DNA from: a virus
Reading direction: 5' to 3' (one strand)
Virus record (IMG/VR): IMGVR_UViG_3300050500_000418
Length of the DNA: 64,000 nucleotides
Positions 31,835 to 40,172 of the stretch are shown here, piece after piece (within the stretch, counting starts at the first letter, position 1; every line of letters begins with the position of its first letter). The position numbers and the translations under genes were made by a program. The notes beneath the pieces are model-generated. The model was not told the origin of the DNA. It searched no databases and worked only from the letters and a program-made list of their open reading frames with translations.

Positions 31835-32170
31835 TGAGAGCGGCCAACCACATGGGTGGCCCGCCGCTCGCCCAGGGTTCTACGTGGCCAACGCCTGGCT
31901 CCCTGGCACCGAACATCCCTCCGCCGGCCGCTGCCTGGATCCGCCTCCCAGGCGGCGGCCGCCGGCACACCTCCACCACGCCTCGCCCCCCGTGGCAGGT
32001 GGAGGCGACGCGAGGACCCCGGGGGCCGGCCACGCAGAACCGCCACTCGTCGCCGGTCACCGGGGCCTCGACCACCCACCCGCCGCCCGCGGCGGACCGA
32101 CCCTGAGCGCAGGCGCCCTCCGCCCGCCTGGTGATGACCAGCCCCACCCCGCCAGGGCTGTTCAGGGTCG

Positions 32171-32260
32171 GTCCCTGCGGGGGCCGCACCGACTCCGAGA
32201 CTGGCCACCGGACTCCCATCCACGGTCACTGCTCCGGGCTGGTGCGGCCCCCGCAGGGAC
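32171..32260 (+). repeat. 20-bp perfect inverted repeat (long-range helix) within the large RNA
   Basis: GTCCCTGCGGGGGCCGCACC (32171-32190) and its exact reverse complement (32241-32260), 50 nt apart. Confidence 0.8.
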
Positions 32261-32473
32261 GGGACTCCCTGCTCCCAACACGCCGGCCCGATGCCGGCAC
32301 CCGCAATACCAGCGCAGCGGCCGGGCCTCTTCGCCGTAGAGAGGCCCGGCCCTGCGTGGGCGCCACACCCACCCGGCCCCGTTCGAACGCATCGACCACG
32401 GAGGAGCGAGGCCCGGGGCGGCCTTGAACGCAGGGTGTGACGCCCACGCAGGAGGTGCCTGCGCGTGCTCAAA

Positions 32474-32501
32474 GAAGCCCCCGACTCCGGTCGGGGGCTT
32501 C
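32474..32501 (+). terminator. intrinsic terminator
   Basis: 12-bp perfect stem GAAGCCCCCGAC/GTCGGGGGCTTC, TCCG loop, then TTCGCG. Confidence 0.65.
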
Positions 32502-32563
32502 TTCGCGTCCCCGGACGCTCCCGCCTCACGCCCCCTCTCTGAGCCTCGACGGCGTCAAGGTGC

Positions 32564-32593
32564 TTGCACCCGCCGTCACCTACGTCCTACGAT
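32564..32593 (+). promoter_or_regulatory. possible SigA-type promoter without palindrome (TTGCAC-N18-TACGAT) upstream of capsid gene
   Basis: Hexamer match and spacing only; would give an approximately 130-nt leader. Confidence 0.3.
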
Positions 32594-32731
32594 CCCGTCA
32601 GCTTCCAGCCGTCCCTAGGGCGGCTCCGGTAGCGGCCATAGGTCCCGAGGGCCTGCACCGTTCTTGCGTGCGCCCCGAGGATCGCGTCTGGCGTACGCCC
32701 CCACGTACGACCCGAAGCGAGGCCCTTCCGC

Positions 32732-34672
32732 ATGGAAACCCTCATCCAGCTCCTGACCGCCTACGGCGCGTCGGAGGAGATCGTCGCTCTCGCTCAGCGG
32801 CTGGTGGACGCCACCGTCCCCGAGCCGGCCGAGGGTGACACCGAGCCCGAGTCCCGCCTCCTGTCCTGGCAGGGCGACCCCCTGACCGACGCCGAGCTGG
32901 AGACCCTGCGCACCTACCTGGAGGGTCTGGGCGACGACAACGACGCCGAGATCGAACTCCTCGAGGCTGCCCTCGACGGCGTGTCCCGCATCCGCGAGGA
33001 GGAGACCTACCGCGACGCAGCGGCCGAGGCGGCCGCCAGCGAGCGCGAGGACCTCGTCACCCGCCTGCGCGGCGAGCGCGCCGAGGAGGCCGGCGACGAG
33101 GGCGGCGACCCCGCCGAGGGCGACGACGAGGACGAGAACGACGGCGGCGACCCCGCCGAGGGCGACGACCCCGAGGCGACCGACGATGCCGGCGCCGAGG
33201 AGGAGGAAGGGGACCGGGAGCCGGTCCTGGCCGGCGCCGTTCCGGGCCGACGCGTCTCACGCTCCGAGCTGGCCCGCCGCCAGCCCCGCCGCCAGCCCCC
33301 CAACCCGGCCCCGGACCCCGCCGACACGACCACGGCCGCCCTGTCCGACATCGTCTTCGCCGCGGACGTCCCCGAGACGCCCGCCGGTCGCATCACCCAC
33401 ACCCTCGCGGACGTCGACAGGGCGCTGGAGCGTCGCCGCGACGGCTTCCGCCGCACCCACCGAGGCCGCGGCGCGAGCTCGGCCGGCCACTCCAAGGACG
33501 GCGAGGCCGGCCCCCAGGAGTACCTGACGGTCGCGACCGTCATGTCCGACTACCCCGAGAACCGTCGCCTCATGGACGCGGACGGCGAGATGCTGTCCTC
33601 GGCCCAGGTCACCCGCATCATCCGGGAGGCCATCGACGACGGCATCGCGGCGACTCGCGAGCGGGGCGGCATGGTGGCGGCCGGTGGCCTGTGCGCCCTG
33701 CCCACGCCGCTCTACAACGTCGTCACGTACGGCAACCCCCGACGGCCCATCCGGGACCAGGCCCTCGTCAGCTTCCAGGCGGCCCGCGGTGGCGTCACCG
33801 ACCTCACGCCGCCCACCCTGGGCAACATCCTCACGGGCGACGCCGCCGGCCGGGCCATCAGCGAGTGGACCGTGCAGAACGACACGGACGCCACCGCCGG
33901 CACCCCCACCAAGCCGTGCCAGCGCGTCACCTGCGGCGCCCAGCGCACCACCCAGATCTACGCCGTCACCTACTGCCTGACGGTCGGCAACATCCTGGCC
34001 CGGACGTACCCCGAGCTGCAGAACGCCTGGTCCAGCCTGGCGCTCATCGCGCACGCCCGGTTCTCCGAGGCCCTGATGTTCGCCCGCCTCCAGACGCTGG
34101 CGACGACGACGACCAACACGATGACGGACTTCTCCGCGTCGCGGGACGTCCTCACGATCCTCGACCAGACGGCCGCCGGCATGCGCTCGCGGCACCGCCT
34201 GGACGACGACTTCCCCTTCATCGTGATCCTCCCGTCGCTGCTGAACACCATCTTCCGCATCGACATCTCCCGCAGCCTGCCCGGCGGCAGCTTCCAGGAG
34301 AACCTCACGCTGGCCCAGGCGCAGATCAACGCGTGGTTCGCCTCCCGGTTCATCACGCCCGTGTGGTCACCGGACGTGAACACCATCGGCAACCAGGGCG
34401 CGGACACCGCCCTGGCCGCCCTCCCGCCGACCATCAACTACGTGATGTACCCGGCGGGGACCTTCATCCACCTCGACGGCGGCGAGCTGGATCTGGGCGT
34501 CGTGCGCGACACCGCGACCAACGCGGTGAACGACTTCCAGGTCTTCTCGGAGACCTTCGAGAACGTTCACATGGTCGGCCCGGAGGCCATCGACGGGACC
34601 ATCGACGTGTGCCCCTCCGGTGCCGTCGCCGGCACCATCGACCCGGCGCCCTTCTGCGCCTCCTACACCTGA
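32732..34672 (+). CDS. major capsid protein with long acidic N-terminal (scaffold/delta-like) region
   Basis: ORF track; position after protease; first approximately 230 aa Asp/Glu/Ala-rich. C-terminal approximately 400 aa has capsid-like composition. No separate scaffold gene seen. Confidence 0.7.
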   Translation: METLIQLLTAYGASEEIVALAQRLVDATVPEPAEGDTEPESRLLSWQGDPLTDAELETLRTYLEGLGDDNDAEIELLEAALDGVSRIREEETYRDAAAEAAASEREDLVTRLRGERAEEAGDEGGDPAEGDDEDENDGGDPAEGDDPEATDDAGAEEEEGDREPVLAGAVPGRRVSRSELARRQPRRQPPNPAPDPADTTTAALSDIVFAADVPETPAGRITHTLADVDRALERRRDGFRRTHRGRGASSAGHSKDGEAGPQEYLTVATVMSDYPENRRLMDADGEMLSSAQVTRIIREAIDDGIAATRERGGMVAAGGLCALPTPLYNVVTYGNPRRPIRDQALVSFQAARGGVTDLTPPTLGNILTGDAAGRAISEWTVQNDTDATAGTPTKPCQRVTCGAQRTTQIYAVTYCLTVGNILARTYPELQNAWSSLALIAHARFSEALMFARLQTLATTTTNTMTDFSASRDVLTILDQTAAGMRSRHRLDDDFPFIVILPSLLNTIFRIDISRSLPGGSFQENLTLAQAQINAWFASRFITPVWSPDVNTIGNQGADTALAALPPTINYVMYPAGTFIHLDGGELDLGVVRDTATNAVNDFQVFSETFENVHMVGPEAIDGTIDVCPSGAVAGTIDPAPFCASYT

Positions 34673-34747
34673 TCCTGGCCACGTAGCGCACGCAAGGCCC
34701 CGGGCCCCCTTGTGGGCCCGGGGCCTGTGGCCGGAGAGAGGACGTAG

Positions 34748-35623
34748 ATGCTCAACGACATCATCCAGGCGCCGCCCAACCGCCAGCCCAATACCGGCCT
34801 CCTCGCCCTCGCCGCGCTGCCTGAGGTGGAGGGGCAGGCATGGGAGGGCGGCTTCGGGTTCAACCCCGAGACCTGCGACGACGGCCTCATCCTGGAGATC
34901 AACTGCGACACGCCCGACCCCGAGGATGACGACAAGGAAGTCGGCGACAACCCGGCGGCCGTGTCCTACATCCCCGGCATGCTCGTGGGCGGCTTCAAGT
35001 GCACGACCATGTCACGCGTCGGCGACGAGCAGGGACGGGCCAACCGGCACCTCCTGACCGTCGAGTCGCGACTCCTCGAGCGGCTCCTGTGGACGGGTGA
35101 GGCGGCCAACACCGTCGCGCCCTTCGACGATCGCATGCACCTGGCCGATGGGAACTCCACGGACATCGCGGCCGGCGCGGCCCTCGACCCGCGGCACGGG
35201 TTTGCCCTCATGGACCAGCGCCTGACGACGTGCCTCCACAACGTGCAGGGCATGATCCACATGCCCCCATACGCGCTGGCCGTGCTGGCCGAGGCGAATG
35301 CCGTGCACTACCAGGGCAACCGGTGGCTCTCCCCCAACGGCAACATCATCGTCGCTGGGGCCGGCTACACGGGCCAGGGACCCCGGGCCACAGCGGCCGA
35401 CCCTCTGCCCGCCGCCCCCGACTTCGATGCCGTGACCCCGCCCAACGACGTGTGGATCTACGGCACGTCGCTGGTCAACGTCCTCCTGGGCGATCGACAG
35501 GACTACGCGGACGTGGACCGCAGCGTCAACACCCGCCGCATCATCCAAGAACGAGCCGGCGCCGCCTTCTGGGGCAACTGCTGCCAGCTCGCGGCCCAGC
35601 TCGACTTCACCCCGCCCGCCTGA
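34748..35623 (+). CDS. hypothetical structural protein (by position)
   Basis: ORF track; SD-like GGAGAGAGGA upstream. Confidence 0.55.
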   Translation: MLNDIIQAPPNRQPNTGLLALAALPEVEGQAWEGGFGFNPETCDDGLILEINCDTPDPEDDDKEVGDNPAAVSYIPGMLVGGFKCTTMSRVGDEQGRANRHLLTVESRLLERLLWTGEAANTVAPFDDRMHLADGNSTDIAAGAALDPRHGFALMDQRLTTCLHNVQGMIHMPPYALAVLAEANAVHYQGNRWLSPNGNIIVAGAGYTGQGPRATAADPLPAAPDFDAVTPPNDVWIYGTSLVNVLLGDRQDYADVDRSVNTRRIIQERAGAAFWGNCCQLAAQLDFTPPA

Positions 35624-35642
35624 CCGGGAGGAAGGCACCACC

Positions 35643-36308
35643 ATGGCGAACGCCACTTGCACCCAGCGACTCAAGGTCTGCCACCTGCGCGTCCTGCGCC
35701 TCGACGACGACGGGACGATCTTCGTCGGCGCCGAGTCGCGCTACGAGTACGGAGCACCGGCGACCTTCAGCTACACGGCCACGAGCCCCGACCGGGAGCG
35801 CTTCGAGCAGATCGACGGGTGCGGCGACCAGTGCGCCCTCTACATCGGTCCGCCCAAGGCCGTCGACTCCGCCGACCTCGCCCTCACCACCTGCAACGAT
35901 GACGCCGAGGTGACCGAGCTCCTCGCCGGGGGCGCCGTCATCGACACGGCCACCGGCGGCGGCGACACCATCGGTTACCTCTCCTCGACGGACGCGACCG
36001 TCAACGTCAACGGCGTGGCCATCGAGGTGTGGTCCTACCAGTGGAACGGCCGCCAGCGGGCCCTCCGCAACGGCTCCCCGGCCTTCTACCGCCACACCTT
36101 CCCCATGACGAACTGGGAGGTGGACCAGAAGACCATGGAGAACGCCATGGGCACCGTGAGCTTCACCGGCATCGCGCAGACCAACTCGGGCTTCGCCACC
36201 GGGTACTCGGCCGATCCCTTCCCCGTCTCCATGGGCGAGTCCGTCTACGGGTGGTTCATCGACGACGCCGTGCCGGCCAGCGCCTGCGGGTACCAGGCCG
36301 TCGCCTGA
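35643..36308 (+). CDS. hypothetical structural protein, possible major tail subunit
   Basis: ORF track; beta-rich composition; assignment tentative. Confidence 0.5.
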   Translation: MANATCTQRLKVCHLRVLRLDDDGTIFVGAESRYEYGAPATFSYTATSPDRERFEQIDGCGDQCALYIGPPKAVDSADLALTTCNDDAEVTELLAGGAVIDTATGGGDTIGYLSSTDATVNVNGVAIEVWSYQWNGRQRALRNGSPAFYRHTFPMTNWEVDQKTMENAMGTVSFTGIAQTNSGFATGYSADPFPVSMGESVYGWFIDDAVPASACGYQAVA

Positions 36309-36323
36309 GCCCGGCGGCGGGTC

Positions 36324-37904
36324 ATGGTCGACTGCACGCAGATCCCCGTACCGGTCGAATGCCGGCCGGTACGGGCCTACCCCGCGGATCAGCAACCCCG
36401 CCGCGGCACCACGAGCGCCGACTTGCCACTCACGGAGTACCGCGCCCAGTCGGTGAGGGCCCGCACCGGGAGCAACGCCTGCATCACCGCATGGCTAGGC
36501 GACAGCTTCACCGAGGCGTACAACCCGACGAAGCGCAGCTTCCGATGGATCGAGCGGCTCGCCCACCGCCTCAACACCCGCCGCGAGGCCACCGTCCTCT
36601 ACTACCCCGCCGCAGCCTCCACGTTCTCCACGACGGCCGCGAACACCTGGCCCGGCGGCCAAGCCCCCTGGACGTACACAGGATCAGTGGCCGGCTCCGT
36701 CCTCTACGGCGCCGACCTCCACGCCGTGACCATGTCCGCCGCAGCCACGGCGACCATCGTGTGGTTCGGCGACACCATCAACATCCTCTACACCCGCACC
36801 CCCACCGGACCCTCCGCCGCCGCAGTGACCCTCGACGGTGCCGCCCAAACCGTCATCAACGCCAACGGCACCCTCACCCCCGGCCAGTCCGCCACCTACG
36901 GCACCGTCGGGGACTACGGCGTCCACACCCTCGTCATCACCGCCACCAGCGCGCCCCTCATCCTCGAGGGTGCCCTCGTCCACGATGGAACCCGCATCGG
37001 CTTCGGTGTGCCCTTCGACAGCATCTACACCCTGGCCTTCGGGCACGCCGGCTTCTCCACACAGCACTTCGTGGACAACACCGACTGGGTCAAGAGCCTC
37101 GCCTCCATGGCCGGCACCGCCGCCCTCATCGGCATCAGCCTCGGCCCCAACGACGCACTCGAGGACCGCGACGCCGCCGACTTCGGCGCCAACCTCGTGA
37201 CGATCATGGAGCGCATCGACGCCCAGATCGCCAGCCTGGGCATCACCTCACGGCCCGGCTACATGCTCCTCATGATGCCCACGGCGCCCTTCACCTACGT
37301 GGACGCGGCCCACAACGCCGCCCAACTCTTCAACGAGGAACGGGCCTTCGCCGTTGACCTGGCCGCCCTCCTACCTGACGGAGCGGACGGGTGGGGGACC
37401 TTCGACGCCGGCAACGGCCACCCCAACGACGCCGGGCAACTCTGGATCGCGGACCAAGTCGCCCACATCCTCGACCCCGCCGCCCCCTCCGGGCTGCCCC
37501 GCATGGACCCAGGCGGCCCCCTCATCGAGGCGGCCGACACGCCCACCCGCCGGTCGAGTTGGACGGCCAGCTTCGGCATCACGAACGGCCAGACCTACGA
37601 CACGACCTCAGCGGACAACACCGTCCGCGAGCGCCGGCACCGCAAGTGGTTCGAGCCGGGCACCTACACCGCACGCGTCCGCTACGAGCAGATCACCACC
37701 ACCGGCGGGACCGTCCAAGTCCTCATCGGCAACTCGTCGTGCGGGACCGTGGCCACCACCGGCACCACCGGCACCATCGGAGAGACCGCCCTGGGGACGC
37801 CCGTCGTCATCGACACGCCCGGCTGGTACCCCGTGACCATCCGCAAGACGGCCGCCAGCTCCGCCGCGCTGCGCTTCATGCGCCTCAAGTGCGTCGCGGC
37901 CTGA
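36324..37904 (+). CDS. SGNH/GDSL-hydrolase domain protein with C-terminal beta-rich domain (virion-module location)
   Basis: ORF track; block I WLGDSFTE, block III LGPNDA, later ..GHPND.. motif. Confidence 0.6.
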   Translation: MVDCTQIPVPVECRPVRAYPADQQPRRGTTSADLPLTEYRAQSVRARTGSNACITAWLGDSFTEAYNPTKRSFRWIERLAHRLNTRREATVLYYPAAASTFSTTAANTWPGGQAPWTYTGSVAGSVLYGADLHAVTMSAAATATIVWFGDTINILYTRTPTGPSAAAVTLDGAAQTVINANGTLTPGQSATYGTVGDYGVHTLVITATSAPLILEGALVHDGTRIGFGVPFDSIYTLAFGHAGFSTQHFVDNTDWVKSLASMAGTAALIGISLGPNDALEDRDAADFGANLVTIMERIDAQIASLGITSRPGYMLLMMPTAPFTYVDAAHNAAQLFNEERAFAVDLAALLPDGADGWGTFDAGNGHPNDAGQLWIADQVAHILDPAAPSGLPRMDPGGPLIEAADTPTRRSSWTASFGITNGQTYDTTSADNTVRERRHRKWFEPGTYTARVRYEQITTTGGTVQVLIGNSSCGTVATTGTTGTIGETALGTPVVIDTPGWYPVTIRKTAASSAALRFMRLKCVAA

Positions 37905-37908
37905 CCTG

Positions 37909-38265
37909 ATGGGCGCCACCCTCACGGCGAGCCCGGGCTGCAACTGCGGCGGCGACGTTGCCATCCCACGCGAGAGCATCCAGACGATCACCGTCGAGGA
38001 CCTCGTCTTCCGTGAGGACCCCACCGGCGCGACCGCCGAGTTCGCGTTCCTCGGCCCCGAAGGCACCCGGCCCATCACGAGCTGGACGGCCGGGACCCTC
38101 GGCCCCGTGATCGCAGAGACGGGCGCCTGGCGCACCTCGGCCGAGACCCCCCAGATCGGCACCGGCCCCCTCGACCTGACCGTCGGGTTCTGGCGCCTCT
38201 TCGGACGCTTCACCTTCAGCGGGGACACCATCGTCGTCGAGCTCGGGACGATCCGCATCACCTGA
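37909..38265 (+). CDS. hypothetical protein
   Basis: ORF track. Confidence 0.55.
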   Translation: MGATLTASPGCNCGGDVAIPRESIQTITVEDLVFREDPTGATAEFAFLGPEGTRPITSWTAGTLGPVIAETGAWRTSAETPQIGTGPLDLTVGFWRLFGRFTFSGDTIVVELGTIRIT

Positions 38266-38296
38266 CGGGGGCGACTTCAAGCCAACCGTCATTCCG

Positions 38297-38319
38297 GCGG
38301 GAGATCTTCAACCTCCCGC
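38297..38319 (+). terminator. weak hairpin
   Basis: 7-bp stem GCGGGAG/CTCCCGC with 9-nt loop. Confidence 0.3.
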
Positions 38320-38326
38320 GCCCCGC

Positions 38327-38356
38327 TTGACCTTTCCTGCTAACCCGGGTTAGTGT
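38327..38356 (+). promoter_or_regulatory. cassette: -35 TTGACC, CTAACCCGGGTTAG, -10 TAGTGT
   Basis: Exact palindrome; 18-nt spacing; ATGAGCAC at 38364. Confidence 0.7.
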
Positions 38357-38363
38357 CATCGGT

Positions 38364-38762
38364 ATGAGCACGCACACCACTGACGAAGATGCCCCCCTCA
38401 CCCCGGCCGAGTTTCGGGCCCTGCTCTTCGACAACATGCGGCCGACCCTGCGCCTGGCCGTCGTGCTGGTCCACACCCGGGGCATCACCCCGGAGGCCGT
38501 GGGTGCCGCCCTGGGCTTCACCGACGAGGAGATCGCCGGCATCGCCGAGATGGTCGAGGAGATGGAGCGGCGGCGGCCCACCCTCACCAACCTCATCCCC
38601 GCCCTCCCGCAGGCCGTGCGCTCCCTCGTTGCTCTGGTGCCCGCCGGGGCCGACCGGGCCGCCGCCTTCGGGCAGGTCCGCCACCGCCTCGGCCACGACT
38701 TCGGCGATGATGGCCTCCGGGCCTGGGACGCCGCCGTCCACCACGTGGCCGCCGGCCGCTGA
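38364..38762 (+). CDS. hypothetical protein (leaderless, MST.. start)
   Basis: ORF track. Confidence 0.65.
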   Translation: MSTHTTDEDAPLTPAEFRALLFDNMRPTLRLAVVLVHTRGITPEAVGAALGFTDEEIAGIAEMVEEMERRRPTLTNLIPALPQAVRSLVALVPAGADRAAAFGQVRHRLGHDFGDDGLRAWDAAVHHVAAGR

Positions 38763-38777
38763 TCACCACCCCCAGAC

Positions 38778-38809
38778 AGGGGCGTCGTCCTCCCGGGGGC
38801 GGCGCCCCT
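38778..38809 (+). terminator. intrinsic-terminator-like hairpin
   Basis: About 13-bp stem AGGGGCGTCGTCC/GGGGGCGGCGCCCCT (with G-U pairs) then CTTGCGTT. Confidence 0.5.
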
Positions 38810-38810
38810 C

Positions 38811-38839
38811 TTGCGTTCGGCGCTAACCCGGGTTAGTAT
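38811..38839 (+). promoter_or_regulatory. cassette: -35 TTGCGT, CTAACCCGGGTTAG, -10 TAGTAT
   Basis: Exact palindrome; ATGAGCAC at 38847. Confidence 0.6.
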
Positions 38840-38846
38840 CTTCCCT

Positions 38847-39098
38847 ATGAGCACGACGCACCGAGTCACGAAGCGAGAGATCCCCGCCGAGCGGGTCATG
38901 GAGCTGTTCGCCATGGGCGTTGAGTCCGTCAACGGGGTGGCCGAGCACATGATCGGGCGGACCGTGATGGTCGAGTCGTTCGGCCGGTTCCTGACGGGCC
39001 AGGTCGTGGCCATCGACTTCGACTTCGGCCGCACGGACTTCGTCGTCGCCGGCCAGGGCTTCGAGGTCACCCGCCCGTGGGCGCTGGTCGCCTTCTGA
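38847..39098 (+). CDS. hypothetical protein (leaderless, MST.. start)
   Basis: ATG 38847 in frame of ORF-track 38811..39098. Confidence 0.6.
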   Translation: MSTTHRVTKREIPAERVMELFAMGVESVNGVAEHMIGRTVMVESFGRFLTGQVVAIDFDFGRTDFVVAGQGFEVTRPWALVAF

Positions 39099-39171
39099 CC
39101 TCACCGGGCCGCTAGCCCAACAGGGGGCGCTTCCCACTGGGGAGGCGTCCCTCACGCGTACGCTCAGGGCC

Positions 39172-39987
39172 ATGACGGCCCTCTGCTCCCCGTGGGTGGA
39201 CATCGACAACGTCCGCTACTGCAAGCCCGAGGCGGAGCCTGACGGGCAATTCCAGCGGGCGCTGGAGGCGGCCTCGGGCCTCCTGTTCCGTGCGACCGGG
39301 TACCAGTGGCCCGGCATTTGCACGGACCTCGTGTGGCCCGGCGCCGGTGGCCACACCCTCCAGACGCTCCAGAACCCCACGGGTGAGGGGTCACGGCCCC
39401 TCCCGCTGGCGGAGTGGGACTGGTGGGGCACCGGCCCCTGCTCCTGCGGAGGCGACCCCCTGGGAACGCCCTGCCAGATGCACAGCAACGTGAGGCTCCC
39501 CGGCCACCCCATCGTCGACGTGACCGCCGTGACGATCGACGGGGCGCCCTTCACCGCCTACACCATCGTGGACGACCGGTACCTCGTGCGCACTGACGGG
39601 GGCGTCTGGCCCTGCTGCAACAACCTGATCGCCGACCCCGGCCCCGGCGTCTTCACCATCGAGTACCGGTACGGGTCGGTGCCCGGCCCCGAGGGTGTCC
39701 TCGCAGCCGAGGTCCTGGCGTGCGAGCTGGTCAAGTCCTGGCCGCCGAACAACTGCGACGACTGCCGCCTCCCCCGGCGCCTCACCCAGGCCACCTACGA
39801 GGGCGCGAGCTTCACCGTCCTCGACCCCTTCACCTTCCTGACGGAGGGGCGCTTCGGGATCTACGAGGTTGACGTGTTCCTGGTCGTGGCCAACGGCGGC
39901 CGCCCGATGGGCCAGCCCGCGGCCAAGGTCCTGTCCGCCGCCGAAATGTTCGGCGGCGCCCACCGCGTCCGCGACAACCCGCCGTGA
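39172..39987 (+). CDS. putative head-to-tail connector/adaptor protein
   Basis: ORF track; N-terminal ..ALEAASGLLFRATGYQW.. resembles gp6-type connector proteins; tentative. Confidence 0.45.
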   Translation: MTALCSPWVDIDNVRYCKPEAEPDGQFQRALEAASGLLFRATGYQWPGICTDLVWPGAGGHTLQTLQNPTGEGSRPLPLAEWDWWGTGPCSCGGDPLGTPCQMHSNVRLPGHPIVDVTAVTIDGAPFTAYTIVDDRYLVRTDGGVWPCCNNLIADPGPGVFTIEYRYGSVPGPEGVLAAEVLACELVKSWPPNNCDDCRLPRRLTQATYEGASFTVLDPFTFLTEGRFGIYEVDVFLVVANGGRPMGQPAAKVLSAAEMFGGAHRVRDNPP

Positions 39988-40172
39988 CCCTCCCCTCGAT
40001 CCGCGACGCCTTCGTCTGCGACCCCGGCTGCCCTCGCTGCGCCGGCTCCGGGCACGTCTGCGAGGAGCACCCGGACTGTCCGTGGGATGAGGGTGAAGGG
40101 TGCTGCGGCGCCCCAGGCATGCCCTGCAACCCCGCCTTGCGCGGTGATCCCTCGACCTGGCCGGCCCGCTGA
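39984..40172 (+). CDS. small Cys-rich protein
   Basis: ORF track; GTGA overlap; 9 Cys in 62 aa. Confidence 0.5.
   Translation: MTLPSIRDAFVCDPGCPRCAGSGHVCEEHPDCPWDEGEGCCGAPGMPCNPALRGDPSTWPAR

Larger units (their letters stand above)
31370..32501 (+). ncRNA. candidate large structured non-coding RNA (about 1.1 kb), class unknown
   Basis: Cassette promoter at 5' end and 12-bp terminator hairpin at 3' end. No ORF with gene-like codon bias. Many long GC helices plus an embedded tRNA-like module. 5' end inferred, not mapped. Confidence 0.6.

Noticed and set aside
31359-32529. ORF-track candidates inside the 1.5-kb gap (31359..31592 +, 31457..31642 +, 31732..32106 +, 31827..32339 +, 31810..32529 - and others)
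   Set aside because: They show mixed or A/T-rich third positions compared with neighbouring genes, and their products are Arg/Pro-rich. There is no SD or leaderless start: GTG 31359 lies inside the -10 hexamer. One ORF begins inside the tRNA-like T-arm. The region is better explained as structured RNA.
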